Below are positions 27,106 to 35,159 of a stretch of 36,300 nucleotides of DNA, piece after piece. The notes under the pieces were generated by a model. The model ran no database searches and was not told the DNA's origin. It saw only the letters and a list, made by a program, of their open reading frames with translations. The position numbers and the translations under genes were made by a program. This DNA is from a virus (Duplodnaviria > Caudoviricetes), in IMG/VR virus record IMGVR_UViG_3300037467_002472, positions 1 to 36,300 of that record; one strand, 5' to 3'. Position 1 is the first letter of the stretch, and each line of letters begins with the position of its first letter.

Positions 27106-28610
27106 CACGCGCTCTTTCTGTGCTCCACCGGCCGGGGCCGGCTCTCGACATACCGTAGCACAGCCGCCTTGAACTCTTCCATGCTGTCCGAACGGGACAG
27201 CGTCTCCGGCTCGGGCTTGAACTCGTCGCCGGCGCCCTGCGGTGCCACGTAGCTGACGATGTCCTCCAGATCGAGGTCGAGATCACGGCCGTTGAACAGC
27301 AACTTCATTTCGTTGATGTTGTCCTGCACGAATTCGATCAGCTTGGCCTTGTTCATCGGGCTGAGCTGACCCATGAGGACTTCCAGGAACGCAATCAGCG
27401 CCCGAAGCTTCACATCATCGACCTTGACCAACTCGCTCGGCGGCTCGCTGAGGTAGTTTGGCCAGGTGGCATGAAAGCTGTTGCGCCACTCGTAGAAGAC
27501 TTCCTCGAACGGCCTCGAGCCGTACTCCTCCGGGTGGAATTTCTGCACCAGCTTGTAGAGCTCCGGGTTGACCGCCCGGTGGAAGCAGATCGTCTCCATG
27601 TACTTGTAGGCCGGGTCGAGGTCCTCGCGGAGACCGTCGATGAAGCGCGCGATCGCCTTGGCGTCCTCCGAACCCTCACCGAAACCGTCGGCAAAGGTCT
27701 CGTCGTTCAGCAGTTTGGCCGGCATCGGCACTGCTGAGGCGACGTTCTCCATGCAGTTCTTGCGGGCCAGTTCGTAAGGGCCCTGCAGGTTCTGGAAGTT
27801 CAGGGTCTCGATGGCCTCGTTGAGACCGATGCCGAGCACGTCCGAGGTCTTGGCTTCACCGAGCAGGTTGCGCTTCTGGGCGTAGAGCCACTGCATCGCC
27901 CCGTCGATGATCGAACCGGGCTGCTCCTGCTTGGCAACGATCACGCCAGCCTTGACCGCGATGAGATCGTCGGTCCGCATGGTCTGGATGAACGTTTTCA
28001 GCGGGTACAGCGCGCGCTGGTAGACACTGCGGCCGGTGAAGCCGAACGTTGAGGCCTGGTAGTCGATGTAGATCGGGGCCTCGTTCATCATGATGCATGA
28101 CCGAGTGCGATGGAACGCCTTGCCGCCGACGCGGATCGCAACGGGATGCTGGAAGTCGATCGCCAGCGGATCCTGATTGAGCACCAGGGAGCCCGCCGTG
28201 TTCAGCGGGTCGAAGGTGTTGAAGCTGATCTCCTTCTTCCACAACGACATGAGGTCCAGCGGCTTCGCGGGATCCTCACCGACGATCATGGTACCCAGGC
28301 TGCCGATGCCGTAGATGCGGGCGGTGCGCGCTAGGTTGCGGATCGATTTTCCGTAGGCTGTCCGATTCCACTCGCGGAGGTAGGCCGCCTTCACCATCTC
28401 CGGCGCCGCCGGGATTGCGATCTCACGCGGCTGGCTCTGGGCCATCTGGATCGGCTTGTCGACGATCTTGCTGCCCCACGGATGGGCCAGATAGATCGAT
28501 TTGCAGAGTTGGTAGCTCGGCTGGCTGCCGGGCCTGATGCCCTCGTTTTCACCCAGCAGGAGCATCAGCTCCGGGCTGAGTGAAGAGGCGTTGAGGGCGA
28601 TCGTCGCCAA
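27105..28610 (-). CDS. Portal protein (DUF1073-like)
   Basis: 501 aa after terminase; PSYQLCKSIY, ARIYGIG, FDPLNTAGS, FGFTGRSVYQR, GFGEGSEDAK. Confidence 0.85.
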   Translation of the reverse strand: MATIALNASSLSPELMLLLGENEGIRPGSQPSYQLCKSIYLAHPWGSKIVDKPIQMAQSQPREIAIPAAPEMVKAAYLREWNRTAYGKSIRNLARTARIYGIGSLGTMIVGEDPAKPLDLMSLWKKEISFNTFDPLNTAGSLVLNQDPLAIDFQHPVAIRVGGKAFHRTRSCIMMNEAPIYIDYQASTFGFTGRSVYQRALYPLKTFIQTMRTDDLIAVKAGVIVAKQEQPGSIIDGAMQWLYAQKRNLLGEAKTSDVLGIGLNEAIETLNFQNLQGPYELARKNCMENVASAVPMPAKLLNDETFADGFGEGSEDAKAIARFIDGLREDLDPAYKYMETICFHRAVNPELYKLVQKFHPEEYGSRPFEEVFYEWRNSFHATWPNYLSEPPSELVKVDDVKLRALIAFLEVLMGQLSPMNKAKLIEFVQDNINEMKLLFNGRDLDLDLEDIVSYVAPQGAGDEFKPEPETLSRSDSMEEFKAAVLRYVESRPRPVEHRKSA

Positions 28611-28620
28611 GGCTGTTGCC

Positions 28621-28884
28621 CTAGTTCCTGACCGGCTCGACCTTGATGCTCAAGCTGCAGCTCTCGACCTTGCCGTCGACCACGCTGCACGAACCTGAAC
28701 TCTCGACCTTGACCGTCATGTCCTCGGGCAGGATGACGACGGCGGCCTCGACGGCGCGCGCCGCATATTGCACGACATGCGCCTCCTGCGCCGGCGTCTT
28801 GTCGCTGATCGCTGCGGCATGGTCATCGCGCAGTTTGGCCCTGATCTCCCCGGCTTTGCCGGTGGCGCCGACGCTCCAGCTCAT
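28621..28884 (-). CDS. Hypothetical protein
   Basis: AGGAGG RBS immediately after tRNA; MSWSVGATGK. Confidence 0.7.
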   Translation of the reverse strand: MSWSVGATGKAGEIRAKLRDDHAAAISDKTPAQEAHVVQYAARAVEAAVVILPEDMTVKVESSGSCSVVDGKVESCSLSIKVEPVRN

Positions 28885-28902
28885 GCTCGTCCTCCTGAAG
28901 GT

Positions 28903-28977
28903 TGGTAGCGCAGGCGGGAGTCGAACCCGCGGCCTTCTGGTTATGAGCCAGGCGATCTACCACTGATCTACCGCGCA
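28903..28977 (-). tRNA. tRNA-Met (CAT), initiator-like, encoded CCA
   Basis: TGCGCGG TA GATC AGTGGTA GATC G CCTGG CTCATAA CCAGA AGGCC GCGGG TTCGACT CCCGC CTGCGCT A CCA folds as a cloverleaf. Confidence 0.93.
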
Positions 28978-28990
28978 TCGATTTAGTGCA

Positions 28991-29076
28991 GCCGGGAGGG
29001 TCTTGCAGCCAGGTCCGAATTTGACCTGGATGGCTGGCCCTCCCAGCGACGTGACGACCGGGTCTCCCCTGTCGCC
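28991..29076 (-). ncRNA. Putative two-hairpin structured RNA upstream of tRNA
   Basis: GGCGAC-A-GGG(GAGA)CCC-G-GTCGTC and GCTGGGAGGG...CCAGGTC(AAATTCG)GACCTGG...CCCTCCCGGC; G-U pairs and GNRA loop work on minus strand. Confidence 0.45.
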
Positions 29077-29089
29077 CTGACTACCTCTG

Positions 29090-29365
29090 CTAGTTCAATC
29101 TCTCGCCGCGGCGGAAGACAGCAGAGCAATCATTGACTTCTATCATCACCTCGACCTGCTCTAAGATGTGCGGGCCGCAATCCTTGACGTCGACGTTCAT
29201 GTTCTTGAGCAGCGCCTTCATCAGCAAAAACCCAGCACAGATGCACTCGTCTCGAGTCATGCCGGGAAAGTCGTGGCTGTTGCAATCAATGACGCGCTTC
29301 TTGTCGATCGTTAACTGAGCCAACAGCCAAGGCTCTTCCGCTGTAACCGCCATCAGAGCCTCCAT
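29090..29365 (-). CDS. Hypothetical Cys-rich protein
   Basis: ORF between terL and RNA genes; more AT-rich codons. Confidence 0.55.
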   Translation of the reverse strand: MEALMAVTAEEPWLLAQLTIDKKRVIDCNSHDFPGMTRDECICAGFLLMKALLKNMNVDVKDCGPHILEQVEVMIEVNDCSAVFRRGERLN

Positions 29366-29413
29366 TGCTCGCGTATGCTACGGGCTCGGTCTGTTAGCGC
29401 TTCCGGCCTTGGG

Positions 29414-31015
29414 TCAGAATCCCTGCTTGTCGCCGAACGCCAGCGCCGGCCCGTAGCATCCACAGTCAAACATTTCGTCTTCATCTTCCGGCGTGCTCAT
29501 TTTTATCCGGAAGTGGGTCATCTGATAGAAGAAGTGGTTTCGCGTCCTGCCGTTGAACTGGCAGACATGGTCGAAGGCAGGCTGCGTCACTCGCAACAAT
29601 TTCTGGCTGATGTAGCCGGAGACGCTCAGCGCGCGGCCATCCTTGCCCATGGCGGTGATCTCGGAGGGGATGGCCTTGACGCGCCAGCTTCTCCGCTGGG
29701 CATGCTGGATCAGAGCGACACCGCTGTCCTTGTCCTCGACGAAGCAGTACGTCCAGCCGGCGCGGGCTCGCACCAGGCGCGCCAGTTCTTCACCACGCTT
29801 CAGGATGCCCGGCATCCATGCCGTCAACATATCGGCCGGGATTTTCTTGTAGTCCCATTCCAACACCCAGAGCAGCGGCGTCGGGTATCGCTGGTAGGCG
29901 TAGTAGACGACACCGGTGCCGTCGTGCTTGCGCTCGGTCTTGCTCGCGGTATCGGCCACCGCGAACACCGCATCGCAGATCGTCGGCATCTCGTAGGGCC
30001 GGTGCTCGGTCCGCGGCACCTCCGGCGTGCCGACTTCCTTGGCCTCGAGAAAGCTTTCGGCACCGAAGTAGTAGGAGCCCGCTCGGGCCTTGGGTTGCTG
30101 CTGATATTGGGTGTCCCAGGCGAAGTCCGAGGTGATCTTGAGCTCTTCGACCTTCTCGCGGCCCCATCGTTCCGGGAACAGCAGCTCGCCTTCGTCCTGG
30201 CGGGGGTCCTCGAACCACGGCGTCTTGACCGTGAGCGAGCGGTTGTATTCCATCGGCAGAACCAGGCGGACCCACTTCGCGCCGCCCTTCTCTTCAATCT
30301 CATCGGCCACACCACAGAGATCATCTGGGGCCAGCCGGTGCATCATGAGCACCATGAGATCGCGTTCGGGATCATTGAGGCGGCTCTGCGCCGACTCCTT
30401 GAAGATGCGGGTGGCCCGCTCTTTGTCGGCCAGTGATTCAGCCTGCTCAGTCGAATGCGGATCATCGATCAGGAGCCGGTTGCCACGGCCAGCGGTGAGG
30501 CGCGCGATCGGCACAGCCTTGCGGCCACCCTTGGCCGTGTTCTCGAATTCCTCTTCCCCGAATGTGGTCAGCTTGACGTGCGGCCAGCGTTCCTGGAACC
30601 ACTCGCTCAGCACGAGATCACGATGCTTGCGGCTGTCGCGCCGTGCCCAGCCTGCCTCGTAGCTCGTTGTGAAGTAGCGCAGGCCCGGCTTGCGCATCGG
30701 GCCCCACTCATACGCGGGGAACGCGACGCCCACCGTGGTGCTTTTCATGGACCCCGGGGGCTGATTGATCATCAGCCTGGTGATCTCGCCGCGGTGCGCG
30801 GCCTCGAGATGCGCCCCGATGGCGCCGATGTGCCAGTTCGGCAGATACCGGGTTGCCGGCTCCAGCACCGGCCAGGCCCGCGCGATGAATGTCTCGAACT
30901 TCCTGCAGCCCTCGCGGTCGTCGTCAATCTGCCGGCGGTTTTTCTCCACCTTGATCAGCGCCAGAAGCGTCGCCGGATCGGGCAAGCGAGAGAGAGATGC
31001 GCTCAAGCTGGTCAA
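29414..31015 (-). CDS. terL: Terminase large subunit
   Basis: NWHIGAI, Walker A-like NQPPGSMKST, Walker B LLIDDPH, QYQQQP, nuclease VADTASK / VEDKDSG / DEMFD. Confidence 0.93.
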   Translation of the reverse strand: MTSLSASLSRLPDPATLLALIKVEKNRRQIDDDREGCRKFETFIARAWPVLEPATRYLPNWHIGAIGAHLEAAHRGEITRLMINQPPGSMKSTTVGVAFPAYEWGPMRKPGLRYFTTSYEAGWARRDSRKHRDLVLSEWFQERWPHVKLTTFGEEEFENTAKGGRKAVPIARLTAGRGNRLLIDDPHSTEQAESLADKERATRIFKESAQSRLNDPERDLMVLMMHRLAPDDLCGVADEIEEKGGAKWVRLVLPMEYNRSLTVKTPWFEDPRQDEGELLFPERWGREKVEELKITSDFAWDTQYQQQPKARAGSYYFGAESFLEAKEVGTPEVPRTEHRPYEMPTICDAVFAVADTASKTERKHDGTGVVYYAYQRYPTPLLWVLEWDYKKIPADMLTAWMPGILKRGEELARLVRARAGWTYCFVEDKDSGVALIQHAQRRSWRVKAIPSEITAMGKDGRALSVSGYISQKLLRVTQPAFDHVCQFNGRTRNHFFYQMTHFRIKMSTPEDEDEMFDCGCYGPALAFGDKQGF

Positions 31016-31469
31016 GCTCCTCGCCCGTCAGCTTCGTGAGATCGACGGTGTTGATGGGACCGCCGTCCTTGCCGGTGTGCTCGAGCCGGTGCTTGTTCGA
31101 GTAGGCGTTGCCCATTTCCTTGGCGGCCTGCTCCAGCAGCTGGGCGACCATGGCGCTGTTGCCCCGCGTCTCGTTGAGATCGACCTGGCGCTGCAGCTTC
31201 CGCATCCGGACGACGCGGTGACTGATGCCGATCGCGGCCTCCTCCTTGAGGAAGGCCTCGCGGGTGGCCCAGAACAGTTTCCGCCAGCGCTCAGCCACGT
31301 TCTCGCCGGCCTTCTTCGTCGGATCGTAGAACTCGATCGATTGCGGCGCGATCGGGATGTTGAAGGCTTCCTTCACCATCTTCGCGACTTCGTGTGCGCT
31401 ATCGAACGATGCCAGCGCTTGCACGACGAAGACCTTCTGCTCGTTGCTCAGTTTGCCCGTGTTGGCCAT
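30924..31469 (-). CDS. terS: Terminase small subunit (DUF2280-like)
   Basis: KVFVVQALASFD, YDPTK, LLEQAAKEMG, LEHTGKDGGPI; upstream of terL. Confidence 0.85.
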   Translation of the reverse strand: MANTGKLSNEQKVFVVQALASFDSAHEVAKMVKEAFNIPIAPQSIEFYDPTKKAGENVAERWRKLFWATREAFLKEEAAIGISHRVVRMRKLQRQVDLNETRGNSAMVAQLLEQAAKEMGNAYSNKHRLEHTGKDGGPINTVDLTKLTGEELDQLERISLSLARSGDASGADQGGEKPPAD

Positions 31470-31470
31470 G

Positions 31471-32088
31471 TCATGCCGCTCTCAATGCGCAGGTCCCGCA
31501 GGCCCGCGCGATGCGCGCCGCGCTGATCTCGGGTCCGGCCTTCGCCGCGGCGACCATGGCCTCGACATGGGCGGCGCCGGCGCCGTAACGACGGACGACA
31601 CCGACGAACTCCTCGATGTCGTGGCCGCGGATGCCGAAGGCGGGCTCGCCGGTCTTCTTGAACTTCGGCGCGCCGAACTCATCGATCTCCTGGCCGGCGT
31701 GATAGATCTCGTGCTCGACCAAAGCCATGGCCTCGGCATCGGAGCATTCCGCCCAGTAGCAGGCGTCGAAGGTCAAGATGAAGTCCGGCACCTGGCCGAA
31801 CCATCCGATGACTTGCTGCTCGGCGCGGGCCTTTGCCCAGCGGCCCATGGCTCCTTGGGGTAGGCCGCGCTCACACTGCCCGACGATGCGACGACCATTC
31901 CTGCCGTTCGGCACGTTGGTCCAGAGCGCGCCCAGTGTGGCGTGGTTGAGGTGGGCGTGATCCTCGTTCACCAGCTCGGCATCGGGCGCGATGAACGTGG
32001 CGCGGGCCCATTCGATGATATCAGGGGCCGGGATGAAGCGCGGTGCCGACAGCGGTTCCAGCAGCTCGGCCGGCGGTTGCGGGCGCAT
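31471..32088 (-). CDS. Putative phage metallopeptidase
   Basis: ALVEHEIYH (HExxH), HDIEEFVGVVRRYG, C-terminal CGTC. Confidence 0.85.
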   Translation of the reverse strand: MRPQPPAELLEPLSAPRFIPAPDIIEWARATFIAPDAELVNEDHAHLNHATLGALWTNVPNGRNGRRIVGQCERGLPQGAMGRWAKARAEQQVIGWFGQVPDFILTFDACYWAECSDAEAMALVEHEIYHAGQEIDEFGAPKFKKTGEPAFGIRGHDIEEFVGVVRRYGAGAAHVEAMVAAAKAGPEISAARIARACGTCALRAA

Positions 32089-32096
32089 CAGTCGGG

Positions 32097-32678
32097 CTAA
32101 GCGGCCTCGAGCGCGCTGGCCGGGAACTCCACCGGACGACGGGCACCGAAGATTTCCATCAGCACCCAGACGCGTTCCTTCTCGCTCTTCTGCACCTTGC
32201 CGTGCCAGCCCGCCCAGGGGCCCTTCTCGGCGGTCACGACCACTTCCTGATGCGGTGCGAAGGCCTGCATCCAGCGGTCGTCCTTGATCGGGCCTGCCGC
32301 GGCGAGGCCCTGCAGGCGCGTCATCGCGGCCGTGTTCACCCGGGCCGGCATCTCGGAGCCGGCACCCTTGATGAGACCGAGCACTCCGCGCGCATCGAGC
32401 ATGCGCTGAAAGACCTGGAAGTAGGGATCGTGCTTCACGAAGAGGTAGCCCGGGAACAGTGGCCGGACGATGTTCTGGTGGGTGCGGGTCCGCTGCCGGA
32501 AGCGACGCTCCAGGCAGGTCGGGTTGAACGAGGAGAAGCCGATCTTCGCCAGTTCGAGCTCGGCGCGCAGGGTGAAGGTGGTCTTCATCTTCGCGGCGAG
32601 GTCGCGCACGAGAGCCGATTCGAGTTCGGACTTGCCGATGGGGCTGCTCTCGACCTCAGCGCAGTACCAGTGCTCCAA
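32097..32678 (-). CDS. Phage NusG/RfaH-family transcription antiterminator
   Basis: NGN motifs HWYC, PLFPGYLFV, RGVLGLI; KOW VVVTAEKGPWAGWHGKV..RVWVLMEIFG; AGGAG RBS before TTG at 32678. Confidence 0.88.
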   Translation of the reverse strand: MEHWYCAEVESSPIGKSELESALVRDLAAKMKTTFTLRAELELAKIGFSSFNPTCLERRFRQRTRTHQNIVRPLFPGYLFVKHDPYFQVFQRMLDARGVLGLIKGAGSEMPARVNTAAMTRLQGLAAAGPIKDDRWMQAFAPHQEVVVTAEKGPWAGWHGKVQKSEKERVWVLMEIFGARRPVEFPASALEAA

Positions 32679-32689
32679 AGGCCCTCTCC

Positions 32690-32880
32690 TGCTCTGACGC
32701 GGTGCGTGGTGTCGCTGGTTGCGACTGGCCCGGCTGTGTTCCCCGTCCTGCCAATGCCGGGGACCGGCGGCTCTTCCTGACCCCGATTGAGCTTCACACC
32801 CCGAAAGGATGCTACTCCTGATCACCGGGCGAATTATGCCAATGGGCTATTTTTGTGATCATCGAAATGATCGAAGTCAA
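32690..32880 (-). promoter_or_regulatory. Putative late promoter, operator palindrome and structured 5' leader
   Basis: TTGACT (32875-80), TGgCATAAT extended -10 (32833-41), GATCAT-TTCG-ATGATC palindrome (32857-72), hairpins at 32796-812, 32740-63, 32711-25. Confidence 0.5.
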
Positions 32881-32892
32881 GAACGAAACGAT

Positions 32893-32970
32893 AGTGTCCC
32901 AACTATTCATTGGGGTTTCTGCCTCAAGCCGCCGCAACCGGTGGCTTATCGAGACCAAGACCCACTACGG
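32893..32970 (-). ncRNA. Predicted 3' part of TnpB omegaRNA (scaffold hairpin + guide)
   Basis: Nested stem GGGT..GTCTC..AAGCCACCG(GTTG)CGGCGGCTT-GAGGC..ACCC overlapping the tnpB stop; omegaRNAs are known to overlap tnpB 3' ends; 5' boundary unknown. Confidence 0.5.
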
Positions 32971-34120
32971 CCTTGTTTAGGATGATTTGCGCCGCAGCTA
33001 CGTCGCGATCAGCCGTATAGCCACAGTCGCAGCGATGTATTCGCTCTGACAGTGTTTTAGGCTTAATCCTCCCGCAGATGGGGCAGGTCTGCGACGTGCG
33101 CCGGGGATCAACCTTCACCAGCTTGCGACAGGCCCTTGCAGCCGCATTCGCAAGCGCATCGATGAAAGCCGACCATCCAGCGCCATGCACGTCGCGGGCC
33201 AGCATGCCTTTTGCTAGCCCGACAATATTCAAGTCCTCTGCGGCGATCAGATCATATTCGCGCACTAATCGCGCCGCGATCTGGCGATGGAATGTCCTTC
33301 GTTGCTCTTTCACCTTCGTGTGTAGGCGGGCGACGGATATACGTGCCGTAAGCTTTCCGCGTGACCCTCTTTTGCAGCGGGCCATATGCCGCTGCCGGCG
33401 TCTCAATTCTCGATGCGCGCGGCGTGCGGCCCGAGGATTGGGAATTGTCTCCCCTGTGGATAGTGCAGCGAAGTGTACGATCCCAACATCGATTCCAACC
33501 TCGCGTCCGGTCGCAGGCAGAGGCTCACACTCGACGCGATATTGAATGCAGATATACCAACCCTTCGTGTCGCGGCGGAATTGGGCCGCCAAGGGTTTGC
33601 TATCGGGAAGTTGCCGATGGACGTGAGCGCGAAGCCCGCCGGGCAGACCCTTGAAGCGGAGTCGTCGGCCGTCAAAACGTATGCCGTGCCATTCGGCAAA
33701 ACCGAAACTATCGTACCAATTCTTTCCCTTGAAACGGGGGAAACCGGGCTTCTGTCCGGCCTTCACGCGACGGAAGAACGCTTTGAAAGCTCTATCCAAT
33801 CTAACAAGCGTCGCACGCTGAAGATTGGCCGGAATGTCTGCCATACCAGGCACGGTAGCCCGGCACTCAGTGAGGCTCCTTACCTGATCGAAACAGGAGA
33901 TGGATTTGCCAGCCTTTCGATATGCGCCGATGCGCTCCTCAAGCGCGGCGTTGTAGAGGATGCGTTGATCTTCACAGATGCGTTCCAACGCGCGGTGCTG
34001 CGCGCGTGTCGGTAGAAGCCGCATCTTGTAGGTCACGACGCGCCGCGGTATGGCGCTGTCAGCCGCAGGTTGATCCACAACATCCGCCTCGGTTAGAGCC
34101 GGCGTCGGTGTTTCCAGCAC
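32924..34120 (-). CDS. tnpB: RNA-guided endonuclease TnpB (IS200/IS605 family), solo; true start possibly GTG 34078
   Basis: TYKMRLLPT HTH, KPGFPRFK, RuvC-I VGIDVG, RuvC-II AEDL, TSQTCPIC..CDC zinc ribbon, RuvC-III DRDVAAA. Confidence 0.95.
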   Translation of the reverse strand: MLETPTPALTEADVVDQPAADSAIPRRVVTYKMRLLPTRAQHRALERICEDQRILYNAALEERIGAYRKAGKSISCFDQVRSLTECRATVPGMADIPANLQRATLVRLDRAFKAFFRRVKAGQKPGFPRFKGKNWYDSFGFAEWHGIRFDGRRLRFKGLPGGLRAHVHRQLPDSKPLAAQFRRDTKGWYICIQYRVECEPLPATGREVGIDVGIVHFAALSTGETIPNPRAARRAHRELRRRQRHMARCKRGSRGKLTARISVARLHTKVKEQRRTFHRQIAARLVREYDLIAAEDLNIVGLAKGMLARDVHGAGWSAFIDALANAAARACRKLVKVDPRRTSQTCPICGRIKPKTLSERIHRCDCGYTADRDVAAAQIILNKAVVGLGLDKPPVAAA

Positions 34121-34170
34121 CGCGTCGGCTCGTCCTATATAGCCGATAACGAAAGACGTTTCATCTTTTT
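34091..34170 (-). promoter_or_regulatory. Putative tnpB promoter and 5' hairpin
   Basis: GATGAA-N17-CTATAT; AAAGATG-AAA-CGTCTTT inverted repeat; AGCCGACG-CGGTG(CTGGAAA)CACCG-A-CGCCGGCT followed by CTAACC. Confidence 0.45.
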
Positions 34171-34191
34171 GCGTTCACCTGCGCCCCAGCG

Positions 34192-34377
34192 CTATTCCTT
34201 CCTGACGAGCACGCCGTTCTCGTTCTTGATGACGCAGAAATACTCAGGCCCCGAGGTCAGAGCCCGCTCCCGGTAGACGTCGCGCATCTTGCGGCACTCA
34301 TCCAGGGAGTAAAACGGCTGTGGCATCAGGTTGCAGTTGTTGGCAAAGCAGACGGCCAGGGCCGCGACATAGTTCAT
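34192..34377 (-). CDS. Hypothetical 4-Cys small protein
   Basis: GGAGG RBS; LAVCFANNC..FYSLDEC...YFCV. Confidence 0.7.
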   Translation of the reverse strand: MNYVAALAVCFANNCNLMPQPFYSLDECRKMRDVYRERALTSGPEYFCVIKNENGVLVRKE

Positions 34378-34410
34378 TTTCGTCCTCCCGCCCCACGGGG
34401 GAGGACTATA

Positions 34411-34644
34411 TCAGCGTCGTTGTTTTGTCACCTCGGCCAAGATGGAGTCGATGCGCTTGTTCCATTCGACGTCGAGCGGACACGCGTTGGGTATGCCGTT
34501 CACATAGTAGACGGGGTCCTTGATGCGGATGGCGGTCAGGACGGCGCGGGCCAATGATGCCATGGTTTCGCGTCCGAATTGCGTTCCGTGCTCGCGCCAA
34601 AGCGTTTCCCTCGCTTCCTGCGCGGCCTTCTCCAGCATCGTCAT
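34411..34644 (-). CDS. Hypothetical protein
   Basis: MLEKAAQ..LARAVLTAIR..WNKRIDSIL, typical small phage ORF; ATGA coupling. Confidence 0.7.
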   Translation of the reverse strand: MTMLEKAAQEARETLWREHGTQFGRETMASLARAVLTAIRIKDPVYYVNGIPNACPLDVEWNKRIDSILAEVTKQRR

Positions 34645-34862
34645 CTGCCTTCGTCCTTTCCGATCTCAACAGGCTTGCCCGCCTTACGCCGGATGGCTGC
34701 CCGGTGCAGCGCCTCGTCGACAAGGGCCCGGATCGTCGCTGTCCGGCTCTTGAGTCCGCGTATTCTTCGTTCGGCCTCGATGGCCGCATCCTGACTGGGC
34801 GAGACCTGGATGAGGAACGGCCTCGTGAGCGAGGCGCCGGGTGTGGGCTTGGCCTTGATCAT
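34641..34862 (-). CDS. Ribbon-helix-helix (CopG-like) regulator, probably leaderless
   Basis: RPFLIQVS strand + DAAIEAERR + SRTATIRALVDEAL helices; ATG 6 nt after TATAGT. Confidence 0.75.
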   Translation of the reverse strand: MIKAKPTPGASLTRPFLIQVSPSQDAAIEAERRIRGLKSRTATIRALVDEALHRAAIRRKAGKPVEIGKDEGR

Positions 34863-34919
34863 ATATCGACTATATGCCCGGCATCGCGGGTACGTCCATA
34901 TGGTCGATATGCTCGATAT
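34863..34919. promoter_or_regulatory. Operator-like inverted repeat overlapping the RHH promoter
   Basis: ATATCGACTATATG (34863-76) / CATATGGTCGATAT (34897-910), 13/14 match; extra TCGATAT at 34913-19. Confidence 0.65.
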
Positions 34920-35158
34920 CACCTCGGCCCCAGCGGCGTGGGCTCGCGCGTCGCCCGATAGCCTCCGCTATCCCAGTTCGGCTGTGGCAGCGAGACCGGT
35001 GTGGCACCGCTGTCTCGCCATTGCACGGTCCCTGAAACAGCACCCTTGAGATCCTGCAGCGATCCCCGCGCGACACTGCAACTCACCTCACCCTTAGCGA
35101 TTAGGAACCCCAGCGCCACTGCGGCGCACAGGATGACGAACTTGCCGATCAATGCCAT
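34919..35158 (-). CDS. Hypothetical membrane-anchored protein
   Basis: MALIGKFVILCAAVALGFLIAK N-terminal TM; start reassigned to ATG 35158. Confidence 0.6.
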   Translation of the reverse strand: MALIGKFVILCAAVALGFLIAKGEVSCSVARGSLQDLKGAVSGTVQWRDSGATPVSLPQPNWDSGGYRATREPTPLGPR

Positions 35159-35159
35159 G

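Noticed and set aside
29005-29035. SRP RNA-like CCAGGTC motif
   Set aside because: Lacks the GGAA tetraloop and AGCAG internal-loop signature
32679-32825. N-terminal extension of the NusG-like ORF in the track
   Set aside because: Low-complexity translation; strong AGGAG RBS precedes TTG 32678 where the NGN domain begins
32924-34120. TnpB as a nuclease-dead TldR-type repressor
   Set aside because: All three RuvC acidic residues (GID, AED, DRD) and the zinc ribbon are present
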